A stretch of DNA of 64,000 nt from Octopus vulgaris (lineage: Eukaryota). How positions within the stretch are numbered: position 1 is the first letter of the stretch; each line of letters opens with the position of its first letter. The notes under the pieces were generated by a model. It saw nothing but the letters and a program-made list of their open reading frames with translations, ran no database searches and was not told where the DNA came from. The DNA is taken from positions 36,456,001-36,520,000 of the forward strand of contig OX597837.1 of the NCBI GenBank assembly GCA_951406725.2, written 5' to 3'. This document shows positions 1 to 15,199 of the stretch, in pieces. The translations under genes were made by a program, and so were the position numbers.

Positions 1-62
1 ATAGATAGATAGATACAGATACATACATACATATAAATTATGATACATATTATGAACATGTG

Positions 63-124
<62 letters not shown>

Positions 125-125
<1 letters not shown>

Positions 126-534
126 GCAGGAGTGGCTGTGTGGTATGTAGCTTGTTTACCAACCACATGGTAACGTGTTCAGTCCCACTGCGTGCTTGGG
201 CAAGTGTCTTCTACTATAGCCTCGGGCCGACCAAAGCCTTGTGAGTGGATTTGGTAGACGGAAACTGAAAGAAGCCCGTCGTATATATGTATTTATATAT
301 GTGTGTGTGTGTATGTGTGTGTGTTTGTGTCTGTGTTTGTCCCATCCAACATCGATTGACAACCGATGCTGGTCTGCTTATGTCCCCGTCACTTAGCGGT
401 TCGGCAAAAGAGACCGATAGAATAAGTACTGGGGTTACAAAGAATATGTCCCGGGGTCGAGTTGCTCGATTAAAGGTGGTGCTCCAGCATGGCCGCAGCC
501 AAATGACTGAAACAAGTAAAAGAGTAAAAGAGTA
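125..534 (+). mobile_element. tRNA-derived SINE, family A, near full length
   Basis: Head has an A-box-like TGGCTGTGTGG and a degenerate B-box region, then CORE-like CTTGGGCAAGTGTCTTCTACT, an internal (TA/TG)n tract and the tail GACTGAAACAAGTAAAAGAG. More than 10 homologous copies or fragments occur in this window. Confidence 0.9.
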
Positions 535-587
535 ATATATATAGCGTGTGTGGTGTGCCTGTGTGTCGGTAAATATGTAAATATTAT

Positions 588-630
<43 letters not shown>

Positions 631-744
631 TATATAGAGAGAGAGAGTGACAGACAGACAGACAGACAGGCAGACAGGCAGACAGATACAAAAATAGACA
701 GACACTTATGAATTCATATATATGTCTGTGTGTGTGTATGTATG

Positions 745-797
<53 letters not shown>

Positions 798-830
798 GTG
801 TTCATAATATATATATATATATACGTGTTC

Positions 831-895
<65 letters not shown>

Positions 896-1030
896 GTGGT
901 CATAATATATGTTATAGAGAGAGAGAGATGTGTGTGTGTGTGTGTGTGTGTGTACACTTATGCATAATTTGTGTAAGTAAAAATATATGTGTTTATCCTT
1001 TATCTGTCACTTGCCATGCAAGTACTTCTC

Positions 1031-1756
<726 letters not shown>

Positions 1757-1787
1757 ATTAAAGAGTATATATATACATATATATATA

Positions 1788-1821
<34 letters not shown>

Positions 1822-1845
1822 TATAATATATATATACATACATAC

Positions 1846-1880
<35 letters not shown>

Positions 1881-2433
1881 TTGATTCGTTCAGTCATTCG
1901 TTTATTCATCGATTCATCGATTCCTTGATTCATTGATGCAGATACAGAGACTTACATCCAGAACTTTATGTTTATGCATCAACGATTCGAATGGTCGTTG
2001 CACATCTTCAGCTGTGCATACCTGGTCAGCGCGGTTTCATCGATAACGCAACATGAAAACCCCCTTCTGTTTCCAACGATATTGAGATCTGCCTGTCTTG
2101 GCGTCACACCTGGTTAACCATTATACATCTGTCTGAGGGTGTGTGTATATGTGTGTGTGCGTGTGTCTTTTGGGGGGAATTATTTGGGATTCCGGATAAC
2201 AGAACACTGGTGACTAAATATTTTTATATATGTATCATATATACATACGAGTTATATTCCAAATACATACTTCAGTCTTTCTAAATTTGTAAAAAAAAAA
2301 ATATATATATATATTAAATTTCTGGTGACTAAATAGATTTTAAATGTTTCGCTTTGTCTTTGCTTCTGTGTGCCATATAAAACGCACGCAAGATCAGCCT
2401 TGGAACGCTTCATTTTCTCTCTCTCACCCTCTC

Positions 2434-2485
<52 letters not shown>

Positions 2486-2488
2486 ACA

Positions 2489-3375
2489 TTTTGGTGGGGG
2501 TCCACGCAACAAAATAGTAAATAGGGAACCCACAACAGCATTTTACGGGCTCCTAAAATATTTTTTACTTCAGATGTATATTTTGGTGTGTATTGCAAAG
2601 AACCCGCTTGATTTCTTTCTCTAACATTTTATTTTACATTGTTCAACCTACGACAAGTGAATGTGAGGGAAAAAAAAGGGATTTTGAAAGAAGTTTCTAT
2701 AAAACTAGTTTTTAAACATCGAATGGCGATGGGGTTCACCAGAATAAAACAATAATCAAAGGGGCCCATAGATAGATAATAGTTGAGAAACCCTGTTTTA
2801 GATGTACGTAATGGTTATGTATTGCAAAGAAACAACTGGGTTTCTTTCTCTAACATTTTCCAAAGTTCAACCTACAGGAGTTAATGTGTGGAAAACAAAA
2901 TAGGGATATTGAAAGTGCTTTCTATAAAACTAGTTTTTAAACATCGAATGTCTATATGGGTCCACTCAAATAAAATAGGAATTGAATGGGTTTGTAGGTA
3001 AAAAATGGTTGAGAATCCCTGATTAGTATTTCTCAATTGGGGGTTAATATGGCTCATGCGGGTCCATATAAGTGTTTTGGGGGTCCATACAACGAAATAG
3101 TGAACTGGGGAACCATAATAGTATTTTAAGGGCCCCTGAAAATACCTTACTTTAGATGTATGTCTTGGTATGTATTGCAAAGAAACAGCTGGGTTTCTTT
3201 CTCTTATCATTTTACAGAGTTCAACCAAAACAAGGGAACGTGTGGAAAGTAAAATAGGAATTCCGAAAGAGGTTTCTATAAAACTAGTTTTTAAACATCG
3301 AATGGTTATGGGGTTCCACCAGAATAAAATAGTAGTCGAAGGGGTCCATAGATATAAGATGGTTGAGAACCCTTA
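2489..3375 (+). mobile_element. Three head-to-tail copies of a hAT (Charlie-like) MITE
   Basis: Units 2489-2795, 2796-3021 and 3024-3375 share TTCTATAAAACTAGTTTTTAAACATCGAATG. Each ends in a hAT-type TIR, GTTGAGAA(A/T/-)CCCT. The third begins with a degenerate TIR, TAGTATTTCTCAA. Confidence 0.7.
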
Positions 3376-3666
3376 GTCTAACTCGTGCGTTCTCGAACAA
3401 GAAGTTAAATTACCCTGTCCTTCACGTTTTTAATTCGGGAATTTTCGACATTACTCCGGTAAAAAAAATATCAAACAACCACGTCAATGGAACAAGTTAT
3501 CAAGGGGCGGCAACCCCGCCCTAAATCCCCAAAACCCTGGCCCTTCGAAGCAGTGTTTGAATCAAGAGAACACAAAACATTCTGATTTCTTATTGATTAC
3601 TTCAGATCTTTGTTTATATTAAACACATAAAAAGGGGTGTATATGAGTGCGTGTGTATATATAGAC

Positions 3667-3728
<62 letters not shown>

Positions 3729-3835
3729 GTATGTATATTTATGTATATATATGCATGTGTATATATACGTATATATGTATATATATATGAATATTCATAT
3801 ATATACATGTATATATACATATATACATATATGCA

Positions 3836-3876
<41 letters not shown>

Positions 3877-3902
3877 ATATATGGATATATTTATATATAT
3901 GG

Positions 3903-3961
<59 letters not shown>

Positions 3962-4082
3962 CTCAGCCAGCTGCGACATCGCAGTGTGCCGCAGCATTTT
4001 TTTCGAATAAATTCGATCGATTTCTTGCCATCGTTACAAGGGGGAAAAAGATTTTGCCTTTTCTTTGCAGTAAATTACTTAA

Positions 4083-4120
<38 letters not shown>

Positions 4121-4486
4121 ACATATAGACCTCATAAACATGAGTGAGTGTGCGTATATATACATACATGTCTATGTATGTATATGTATGTATAGGTATG
4201 CATATTTATGTATATGTATGTACACCCCCACACGAAAACATTTATGGGTGGATAGACGATAGAGAGACTTGGAGATATCTGGATAGATAGATTCATTGAT
4301 TAAGTGATAGATTAGCAGATGTGTGTGCTGAATAATCATGCACACATATAGGCATGTATGTGTATATATATATATGTGTGTGTCTCTCTCTGTGTTTATA
4401 TATATATATGTTTGTGTGTCTGTGTTTATGTCTGTATGTATAAATAATACATATATGTATATAATACATATATGAATGGCTATGAA

Positions 4487-4641
<155 letters not shown>

Positions 4642-4937
4642 TATGCATGCATACATACATACACACACCAGCATGCAACACATACACACACACAAAGCAA
4701 CCTACACACATACACACAGCGTGCATACATATATACACATACATAGTGACGCCTATTTGAGTGACCGTGGACATATAGCAATACACAATTATATATGTGC
4801 ACAAAATATATTTCTATATACACACACAAACATATATATATATATATATATATAAATATATATACAATATATATATATATATATATATGTACTTGTATGC
4901 GTCTTACACGAGCGTGTATACGTATCATACATACATA

Positions 4938-4977
<40 letters not shown>

Positions 4978-5022
4978 TGTATATATATATATATATATAT
5001 ACATATATATATAAATACATAC

Positions 5023-5175
<153 letters not shown>

Positions 5176-5694
5176 CATACAGACACACACACATACGTTT
5201 ATAGACGTAACATTTGCTTGTGTATGTATTGTAATAACAACATCAATAAAACCGCTCGCTTGTACTTTGGTCTTCTCGTGTCTGTTGTTGGTATTTTACA
5301 GTGGCGACCTCTCACCTATCATTCTGGCACTAATCAAATTTGGGTGGAAAATATATTCAATAGTCAGCCATCATCAGCCTGGTAAAACAATTAAAACCCA
5401 GAAGATATACATCTATGTATGTATGTATGTATGTATGTATGTATGTATGTATGTATGTATGTATGTATGTATGTATGTATGTATGTATGTATGTATGTAT
5501 GTATGTATGTATGTATGTATGTATGTATGTATGTATGTGTGTATGTATGTATGTACGTATGTATGTATATATGTATGTATGTGTGCGTGTTTATATGTTA
5601 TATGTTTATATGTCTATATATATGTGTGTGTGTATATGTATGTATATATGAATGTATGTATGTATATATGTATGTATATATATGTATGTACGTA

Positions 5695-5740
<46 letters not shown>

Positions 5741-6000
5741 TGTGTGTGTATGTATGTATGTATGTATGTATGAATGTATGTATGTATGTATGTATGTATG
5801 TATATACTCGCGCGCACACACACGTATGGATAATCGTGTGTCTGTGTGTGTATTTAAAAGAAAAGGGAATGTGAGCATATAAGAATGTGTATATATCTCT
5901 CTATGTACATAAATATCTATATAGACATCTCTTTGTCTCTCTCTCTCTCTCTCTCTCTCTGTCTGCCTGTCTGTCTATCTGTCTCTCTCTCTCTCTCTCT

Positions 6001-6064
<64 letters not shown>

Positions 6065-6128
6065 CATATGCAAACACACACACATATATATATATACTCA
6101 CATGTATATAAATATATGTTCTGTTGTT

Positions 6129-6174
<46 letters not shown>

Positions 6175-6889
6175 GAGAGGTGGAAAGACTGTGAGAGTGA
6201 CTGAGTGAAGGAAAGAGAGGTAGAGATAGAATGGGAAATGGAGAGAGTCGTGTGGAGAGTAAAATCTATAAATGCTTCTAATAGGAAGGGACACTTGAAA
6301 ACATTTGAGTTCCACACACACACACACACGCACGCACACACGCACACACACAGAGAGAAAGACGTATATTTCGATGTGATTTGATTTATATTTTCACGTC
6401 TCCCTTCGTCTTAGTTGCACGATATTTTATTATTAGCCGTACTTATGCATTAACACGCCACATCTTACATCCTTTCGCTTTTGCTGAGCCCTCTCTTTCT
6501 CTTGTCGCTTCACATAAATAACATTTCCACAGTGCAACTACGAAACATTCCTCCAAATAATCATTACAACTCATTTCCGTTGGCTAATTTTAAATTCTAT
6601 TTTCATGTCGGTTTCAGCGACCCCTGATAGTTATTCACATAGCAATTTATAAGCATTTGTGCTCTTTATAAATCAGCTTTTTCTACACATCACTACAAGT
6701 CTCCGGATGGCTAAAATACCACACCTGAAAAAACAGCAGTGGATAGGATCGGTACGTATGTCTTTTCCTAGATAAGTTCAAGTTCAAGTTGCACTTTCAT
6801 ACAAGTGAGTCTGTATAAAATTAACATCGCATGTGCTTTCATGCAAGTGGCTCCGCATACTGCAAATGGATTTACTGCGATATGTTCTG

Positions 6890-7463
6890 TTTCCTTCCTT
6901 CCTTATCCGCTCAGTCGAAGTCGACTCTCGGTTATTCGATGGATCTGTGTCATCCAATCAGTTCTATCTTGGGCCGCTTCTTTCAGATTGGATATGTCCA
7001 TTCCGGTATCACTCTTGATGGTGTCAAGCCAGCGGGTTCTTGGTCGGCCTCTTCCTCTCTTGCCACTGACCATTCCGAGCATGATGTCCTTCTCCAGGGA
7101 TTTTCTCCGCATAATATAACCGAAATATGCCAATCTAAGCTTGGTGATCCTAGCTTCTAGCGACATTTTCGGCCTGATCTGCTTAAGAACTTCTCCATTG
7201 GAGAACCTTGCTGTCCATGGAATCCGTAAAAGTCTTCTCCAACACTAAAGCTCGAATGCATCAATTCTCTTCTGGTCAGCTTTCTTTAGTGTCCAGGTCT
7301 CGCATCCATATGTTGCTATTGAGAAAACAATTGCATTCACCAATCTGCATTTAGTAGCGAGTCTGATGTCTCTACACTTCCAGATCCTGCTTATGCTGAC
7401 CATTGCCTCTCTGCCTAGTACTATCCGCCGTCTTATTTCTGGAGTGCAGTCACCATCTAGCAA
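6890..7463 (-). mobile_element. RTE (BovB-like) LINE 3' fragment, ORF C-terminus
   Basis: ORFs 7245-7463 and 6903-7166 are in the same frame, separated by one TAG at a normally Trp position: YGCETWTLKKADQKRIDAFEL*CWRRLLRIPWTAR...GKRGRGRPRTRWLD. A (GGAA)n tail follows the stop directly. Confidence 0.93.
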
Positions 7464-7849
7464 AAATGTTTAACTCTCTATTAGTATCTGGGTAATTAAA
7501 ATAACACGTGACAAATCAGAGAGCCTAAAACAAAAGCAGTAAGACCGTTATGTTAGTCCTCTCCTAAATAATTACAAAAGCAGCAAGATATACTAGGATA
7601 CAAATGAGTCTGTAGAAAATAAACACGGTCTGTGCTTTTATACAAGTGGCTCTGCATAGAAGTGAAATGAACTTTGATGCTACAAGCATACTCGTATATG
7701 ATTTTCTTTCGCGCTATTACATGCTCTAAATGTTTATTAAGCTGTAAGTAAAAGTGAAAAATGCGAACTGCAAAAGGCCGCCTGTTCTTCAGCTGCATTA
7801 GTAAGCTGTTAGTGGGTCGGGTTTTATACGTGTCACTAACCTATATATA

Positions 7850-8080
7850 TATTTCTTTACTACCCACAAGGGGCTAAACACAGAGGGGACAAACAAGGAC
7901 AGACAAAGGGATTAAGTCGATTACATCGACCCCAGTGCGTAATTGGTACTTAATTTATCGACCCCGAAAGGATGAAAGGCAAAGTCGACCTCGGCGGAAT
8001 TTGAACCTAGAACGTAACGGCAGACGAAATACGGCTACGCATTTCGCCCAGCGTGCTAACGTTTCTGCCAGCTCGCCGCC
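7850..8080 (-). mobile_element. SINE family C, full length
   Basis: Head GGCGGCGAGCTGGCAGAAACGTTAGC...GTTCAAATTCC, body GAGGTCGACTTTGCCTTTCATCCTTTCGGGGTCGATAAA, tail TGTGGGTAGTAAAGAAATA. Many copies in the window. Confidence 0.88.
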
Positions 8081-8183
8081 TTATAGTAGATTTATAAACA
8101 GAGCTAATGATGAACAACCTTAATCGATATTTTAATCGTATTGGATTCTCTTCAGACGCGTCTACATCAATTTGACCAATACC

Positions 8184-8583
8184 TATTTCATTATTACCCA
8201 CAAGGGGCTAAACACAGAGGGGACAAACAAGGACAGACATAGGTATTAAGTCGATTACATCGACCCCAGTGCGTAACTGGTACTTAATTTATCGACCCCG
8301 AAAGGATGAAAGGCAAAGTCGACCTCGACGGAATTTGAGCTCAGAACGTAGCGGCAGACGAAATACCTATTTCTTTACTAAACACAGAGGGTCTAACAAG
8401 GACAGTCAAACGGATTAAGTCGATTACATCGACCCCAGTGCGTAACTGGTACTTAATTTATCGACCCCGAAAGGATGACAGGCAAAGTCGACCTCGGCGG
8501 AATTTGAACCTAGAACGTAACGGCAGACGAAATACGGCTACGCATTTCGCCCAGCGTGCTAACGTTTCTGCCAGCTCGCCGCC
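8184..8583 (-). mobile_element. Two tandem SINE family C copies (8184-8366 partial, 8368-8583)
   Basis: Near-identical to 7850-8080. Confidence 0.88.
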
Positions 8584-8778
8584 TTATAGTAGATTTATAA
8601 ACAGAGCTAATGATGAACAACCTTAATCGATATTTTAATCGTATTGGTTTCTATTCAGACGCTTCTACATCAATTTGACCAATACCGGAGAAACAAGCGG
8701 CCTGTATTCAACAATTTTAGTAGAAACCGAAAACTGGATGCTATTAATGGGCTCACAATAAGTGTTAAACTTCTACTT

Positions 8779-9003
8779 TTTCACTCTTTTACTTGATTCA
8801 GCCATTTGACTGCGGCCACGCTGGAGCACCGCCTTTTAGTCGAACAATTCGATCCCAGGACTTGTTATTTGTAAGCCTAGTACTTATTCTATCGGTTTGT
8901 TTTGCTGAACTGCTAAGTTACGGGGACGCGCACACATTAACATCGGTTGTCAAGCGAAGGTGGGGAGGGACAAACACAGACACAAACATGCACCCACACA
9001 CAT

Positions 9004-9081
<78 letters not shown>

Positions 9082-9133
9082 GTATAAGCCTAGTACTTAT
9101 TTTACCGGTCTCTTTTGCCGAACTGCTAAGCTA
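8779..9133 (-). mobile_element. SINE family A 3' half, plus a short re-duplicated piece at 9085-9133
   Basis: Reverse complement of the family A tail and body. Confidence 0.85.
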
Positions 9134-9521
9134 CGATCTCAGGGATCTCAGTCTAAGTAGTCTCGCGGTATGATTATATAGGTTACATACATTAGTATGT
9201 AACCGTAATGTATGTAACCTATATAGAACATATATAAACGGGACTAATTTAGTTATTTCTCCATAGACTGGAAATTAGTTGCAAACCTTGATCGATTTTC
9301 GGATATTATTGGATACACATCGGACGCGTCTGCGTCAGTTTGATCAATCCCGGTGGAATAAGCTGCCAAGCTGTTCATGTTCACCATTATTTCGGTAACT
9401 GCAAAACAATCAAGAAAAACTGAAGCTCCTAATTTGCATACCATGGTGGTGTTTAACACTTTATATAATGTTGGGAGCCTGTCAACGGAGATCTCGGTCC
9501 ATACGCAGTATCAAGGGATGA

Positions 9522-9585
<64 letters not shown>

Positions 9586-9616
9586 TGTGTGTGTGTAGGG
9601 ACGTACGTACGTATGG

Positions 9617-9747
9617 CGTTATTCAGTTTTATTTGAAGATTTCTTGCCAATAAAGAAAGAGTCGGTTTCTAACCGAGATCCAAGGCTCCCTCATTGGAAT
9701 TTCAACAACATCAGTAGGGTATTTTCGTTTGTTTGTATGTATGTATG

Positions 9748-9810
<63 letters not shown>

Positions 9811-10505
9811 ATGTATGTATGTATGTATGTATGTATGTATGTATGTATGTATGTATGTATGTATGTATGTATGTATGTATGTACATATCTATCTATGTGT
9901 ATACGCAGATGTATATGCTTTGCTTTATGTATGTGTTCTCATGCATATAGTTGCATATCTAGACATGCTCATATATATTTAAACGCTAAACTTCTGGAAA
10001 GTTTTACAGATTTTTACAGTTCCAGTGATGGATTGGATTTGTAGTCTTCGAAGTAGCTTTCTCCTTTCTGGTTTTGAGAAGCGTAATTTCTCAAGATTGG
10101 TATTTAGACAGTGTATTACATATCCCAATGCCCCCCAATAATTACCGGTATAAACCTGAACTTGTAATCTAGATAGAGTAACTGCAGAGTTCTCAGTAGT
10201 TCAGCGTCGGTATTCTCTTTTTCACTGATCTTCAGCTTTATGTTAACATCCGTTGGGCAGCTAATTTCCACAACTGTACACAGTTTCTCTTCTCTATCCC
10301 ATATCATTATATCAGGTCTCTTGTGCTTACATTTTATTGAGGTTTTCGATGGGACATTCCACAAGTACTCCTTTTTATTATGAGTGGCTTTGACTTCTAC
10401 CGTACTGTGGGTTCTTATTTCTTTATCCTCGGGATTATCCTTCTGACGGATTGAATTATATAGTGTCCTAGCCACAACTTCGTGTCTCATCGGTAGATAA
10501 TACCG
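9617..10505 (-). mobile_element. Dong/R4-like non-LTR retrotransposon 3' end (restriction-like endonuclease domain and 3' UTR)
   Basis: Reads YLPMRHEVVAR...KHKRPDIMIWD...VVEISCP...KISEK...IPVIIG, then frameshifts to LGY...TGTVKICKTF, a PD-(D/E)xK pattern. The 3' boundary beyond the (ATAC)n tract is less certain. Second copy at 52302. Confidence 0.85.
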
Positions 10506-10566
10506 ATTATTTAGCTATTTAGCTAATTTAGCTATTCCTCTGTGAACTGAAAAAGTGATGAACAAA

Positions 10567-10609
10567 CGTATATCGAATTTCGTATCTTATTACATTCTCA
10601 TCAGAGGCG
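10567..10609 (-). ncRNA. Hammerhead-like motif with intact core and weak stems
   Basis: CTGATGA-GAAT..ATAC-GAAA-TTCGA-TA on the minus strand. Stem I pairs poorly. Confidence 0.4.
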
Positions 10610-10759
10610 AATACGCGTAGGTTTGTGTAAAAATAAAGTGCGGAAATGTCTGCGCAGTTTTAGAAGTTCGTTTCGCAACCCCTGCGCGTTTCCTTGGACA
10701 AATATCTTCTAAGAATACAGCCTCAGGTTTAATTAGAAAATAGAAATTGTGTAGAAGCC

Positions 10760-10834
10760 CGTCGTGGCGGTGAGGTAAAAAGTTTGCTTCCCGACCACAT
10801 GGTTCCGGGTTCAGTCCCACGGCACGACACCTTG
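10760..10834 (+). mobile_element. SINE family A 5' (tRNA-like) fragment
   Basis: ACCACATGGTTCCGGGTTCAGTCCCAC matches the family A head. Confidence 0.75.
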
Positions 10835-11129
10835 TTACATTCATTAGTCCGGGGTAACACCGGCTGACGAGACGCCCTTGAGCTAAGAAATTGAGTGTGT
10901 TATGAATACATATTTGTCATAGCTACTCTCCTGTGACGAGACACGACAGCGATTAGCATATTTACGTTCGAATCCGCCGGAACGTATTAAGAATATATAT
11001 GCAAGGCAGTGTGTGTGTCTGTGTGTGTGGTGTGTATTATGTATGAATCTATGCAAAGCAATGGGGCTTTTGGTTGTGCTGGCGATAGTGGCAAAGGTGA
11101 TGGTAGGAATGGTGGTGATAGTGGTGTTG

Positions 11130-11203
11130 GTGGTGGTGGTGTTGGTAGAGGCGATAGTACTAGTAGTAATAGCAGAAGTAGCAGTAGCAGCAGTATAGTA
11201 GTG

Positions 11204-11244
<41 letters not shown>

Positions 11245-11263
11245 TGTTGTTGTTGTTGTAGTT

Positions 11264-11300
<37 letters not shown>

Positions 11301-11415
11301 AAGTAGTAATAGCAGCAGCAGCAGTAGTAGTGGTTGCTATTTTTGTTGCGTTGGTGGTGGTGGTGGTGGTGGTGGTGGCGGCGACGACGGTGGCGGCCGA
11401 AGTAGTGGTGGTGGG
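11130..11415. repeat. Compound (GGT/AGT/GTT/AGC)n trinucleotide tract, with (AAT)n following at 11494-11556
   Basis: Direct reading of the sequence. Confidence 0.95.
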
Positions 11416-11490
11416 TTGTATAGTTATATGCTGTTTGAGATAGGGGAAACAAAGGTTTGTTTGTACTCCGCACCGCGTTCGCCATATTTG

Positions 11491-11557
<67 letters not shown>

Positions 11558-11949
11558 TTTCTCCATCCTCCCTAAAACGGCACCCGACCTCCATTACACC
11601 GTACCCCCATATACCTCAAGCACCCTAATTCCGTCCACGCTTCCGTTCCCACCACGACCACCCTCAACAACACCGGCACCACCTTCCAGTAAATTTTTTA
11701 TTGAGTTTGGAGTGGAGCTGAGGGGATGGTGGGAGGAGAGAAGTGACAATGAAAGAGAGAGTTAGAGACTTAGAGAGGGGGAGAGGAGGGAGAGTAAGAT
11801 AAAGGGAAAAGAATAAGAAAGAGAAGGTGAGAGAATTTATGTGTGGTGGGGGGGAGAATAACGGAGATGCAAAATATGTGAGCATGTGTAACAGAAACCT
11901 GTGTTGGGTGTAGATGTGGTTGAGGATGTGTGTATATGTATGTGTATAT

Positions 11950-12127
11950 ATGTGTGCGTGTGTGTGTATCTATATGTGTGTATACGTGTAAGACAACTCT
12001 GTGGTTGGTATATATGTGTGTGTGTATATATGTGTATGTGCGTATATGTAAAAGAATTTGTGATAGGTATAGATAAGTGTGTGTGTGTGTATCTGTATAT
12101 GTGTAAGGCATGATGTGTGAATGTGTA

Positions 12128-12216
<89 letters not shown>

Positions 12217-12380
12217 ATCTGTATGTGTGTATACGTGTAAGACAACTCTGTTGTTGGTATATATGTGTGTGTATATATGTGTATTTGCGTATATATAAAA
12301 GAATTTGTGATAGGTATAGATAAGTGTGTGTGTGTGTGTATCTGTATATGTGTAAGACATGATGTGTGAATGTGTGCATG
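11950..12380. repeat. Tandem duplication of about 250 bp within (TG/TA)-rich DNA
   Basis: ATACGTGTAAGACAACTCTG...AAAAGAATTTGTGATAGGTATAGATAAG...CATGATGTGTGAATGTG occurs at about 11981 and again at about 12231. Confidence 0.85.
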
Positions 12381-12696
12381 TGTATATATGTGTATGTATA
12401 TATATATATATATGGGGGGGGTATAAATGTGCGAGATAGTCAAGTGATGCGTATGTAAATGTGTGTGCGTGTGTATATGTATGTATTTGTGTGAAAGAAT
12501 TTTGTGATGGCTTTATATGTGTGTGTAGAGGGTATTTATGTGTGTATGTATGTGTATGTGTGTGAATGAGAGAGAGTTGTGAGTGTGTCTATGTATATCT
12601 ACGTTTATGGATGTGTGTGTGTTATTATGTGAGAATGTTTTCTCAAAATAAACGGTGCGATGCCGCATGTTCATGCATATCTGAATATGCACAGAA

Positions 12697-12798
<102 letters not shown>

Positions 12799-12815
12799 AT
12801 GTATATATATATATA

Positions 12816-12862
<47 letters not shown>

Positions 12863-12972
12863 GTGTGTGTGTGTGCACGATGCATGTATCTATGTATTTT
12901 TGTATATGTGTGTGCAGTGTTTACATATACACACACATATACACATCTTTATAAAAAGACATAGGTAGATAC

Positions 12973-13053
<81 letters not shown>

Positions 13054-13066
13054 AAGACAGACAGAC

Positions 13067-13148
<82 letters not shown>

Positions 13149-13193
13149 AGAGTAAAATATGTGTGTATATTTATATAGGTGTGTATGTGCGTG

Positions 13194-13273
<80 letters not shown>

Positions 13274-13754
13274 GAGAGACGTCCGAGTATACATACATAT
13301 TTATATCTGCCATTTTTTATTTCAAGTATGTGTGTGACTGTTCCTCTGCAGGTGTGTATGTGCGTGCTCTGTGTGCGTGTGTGTGTGTGTGTGTGTGAGT
13401 GTGTATGTGTATCGGTGTGTGTGTGAGTGTGTGTGGTTTATGGTATAAATACATAAATATGGCAAAGAGTCAGCTAGTTTAATCGATAAAAAATTATCGA
13501 TTTACAGAAAATATCTTCCCATTGGGTCAGTGTTTTTTTTTGCAAAATATCATTGATAGGTTTACTGAAAACTGGCCGATAGGGTTCTCTGCATGTATTG
13601 GGCCGAGAGACATAAGCATACACATATACACACGCGATAAGCACGTAAGAATGCACATATTCACATGAATATAGATAGCAAGATAGATATGAATATATAC
13701 ATATCACATGTACATTTATAATAGTCATATATGCATCTACATATATATATAGAG

Positions 13755-13839
<85 letters not shown>

Positions 13840-13980
13840 TACATATACAAATATATATTTATATATATATATATGCATATATTTATATGTATATGCACGT
13901 GTGTATATGTATATGTTATGTACAAACACACATATATATGTATGCATATACGTATGTATATATATATACATATATATATT

Positions 13981-14030
<50 letters not shown>

Positions 14031-14138
14031 CGTGTATGTATATATATACACATATGCATATATGTATATGTATATATATATGTATATATACATATATACA
14101 TATGTGTGTGTATACGTATGTATATATATTTATATGTG

Positions 14139-14260
<122 letters not shown>

Positions 14261-14263
14261 TTT

Positions 14264-14303
<40 letters not shown>

Positions 14304-14357
14304 TATATATACATATATATAGAGAGATATAGATATATAGATATATATATATACATT

Positions 14358-14457
<100 letters not shown>

Positions 14458-14471
14458 CATACATACATACA

Positions 14472-14591
<120 letters not shown>

Positions 14592-14981
14592 TGTATGTAT
14601 GTATGTATGTATATGCAGACACTGAAGCGTTAATCAGATCTAGTAACCAATAGGGCTTGAAAGTGAATTATACACCATTTAGACACCATCAAAAGCCTGG
14701 ATTGGATCATTATTGGTAAACACTTTAGTATTCTTCGACTTGGCATCCTGCAACACACACAATCACACACAAACACACACACACAATCACACACACACAC
14801 ACACACACACACATACTCACACACACCCGCTCACACACGTACACGTGCATTCATACAGACTCATTTTTACGAGCACACACATATGTACAGAGAGATACAT
14901 GTACCTACATACATTGTGCGTTTGTATGTGTGTCTGCATGTGTCTGTGTGTGTATGAGTATATATAGATGTATATATATAC

Positions 14982-15032
<51 letters not shown>

Positions 15033-15137
15033 TGTGTGTATGTGTGTATGCAAGGGTATGTGCATTTGTGAAGGTACAGAAGTTGCTATGCGCTGAGACA
15101 ATCTTAAACTCACACAAAAACCTATACACACACGCCC

Positions 15138-15199
<62 letters not shown>

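Noticed and set aside
6791-7670. CRISPR-like regularly spaced repeats
   Set aside because: Only two pairs of degenerate units, whose spacers are themselves homologous. The context is eukaryotic and has no cas genes.
10862-10950. CTGACGAGAC and GTGACGAGAC near-core motifs
   Set aside because: No stem II partner precedes a GAAA and no cleavage triplet closes a stem I.
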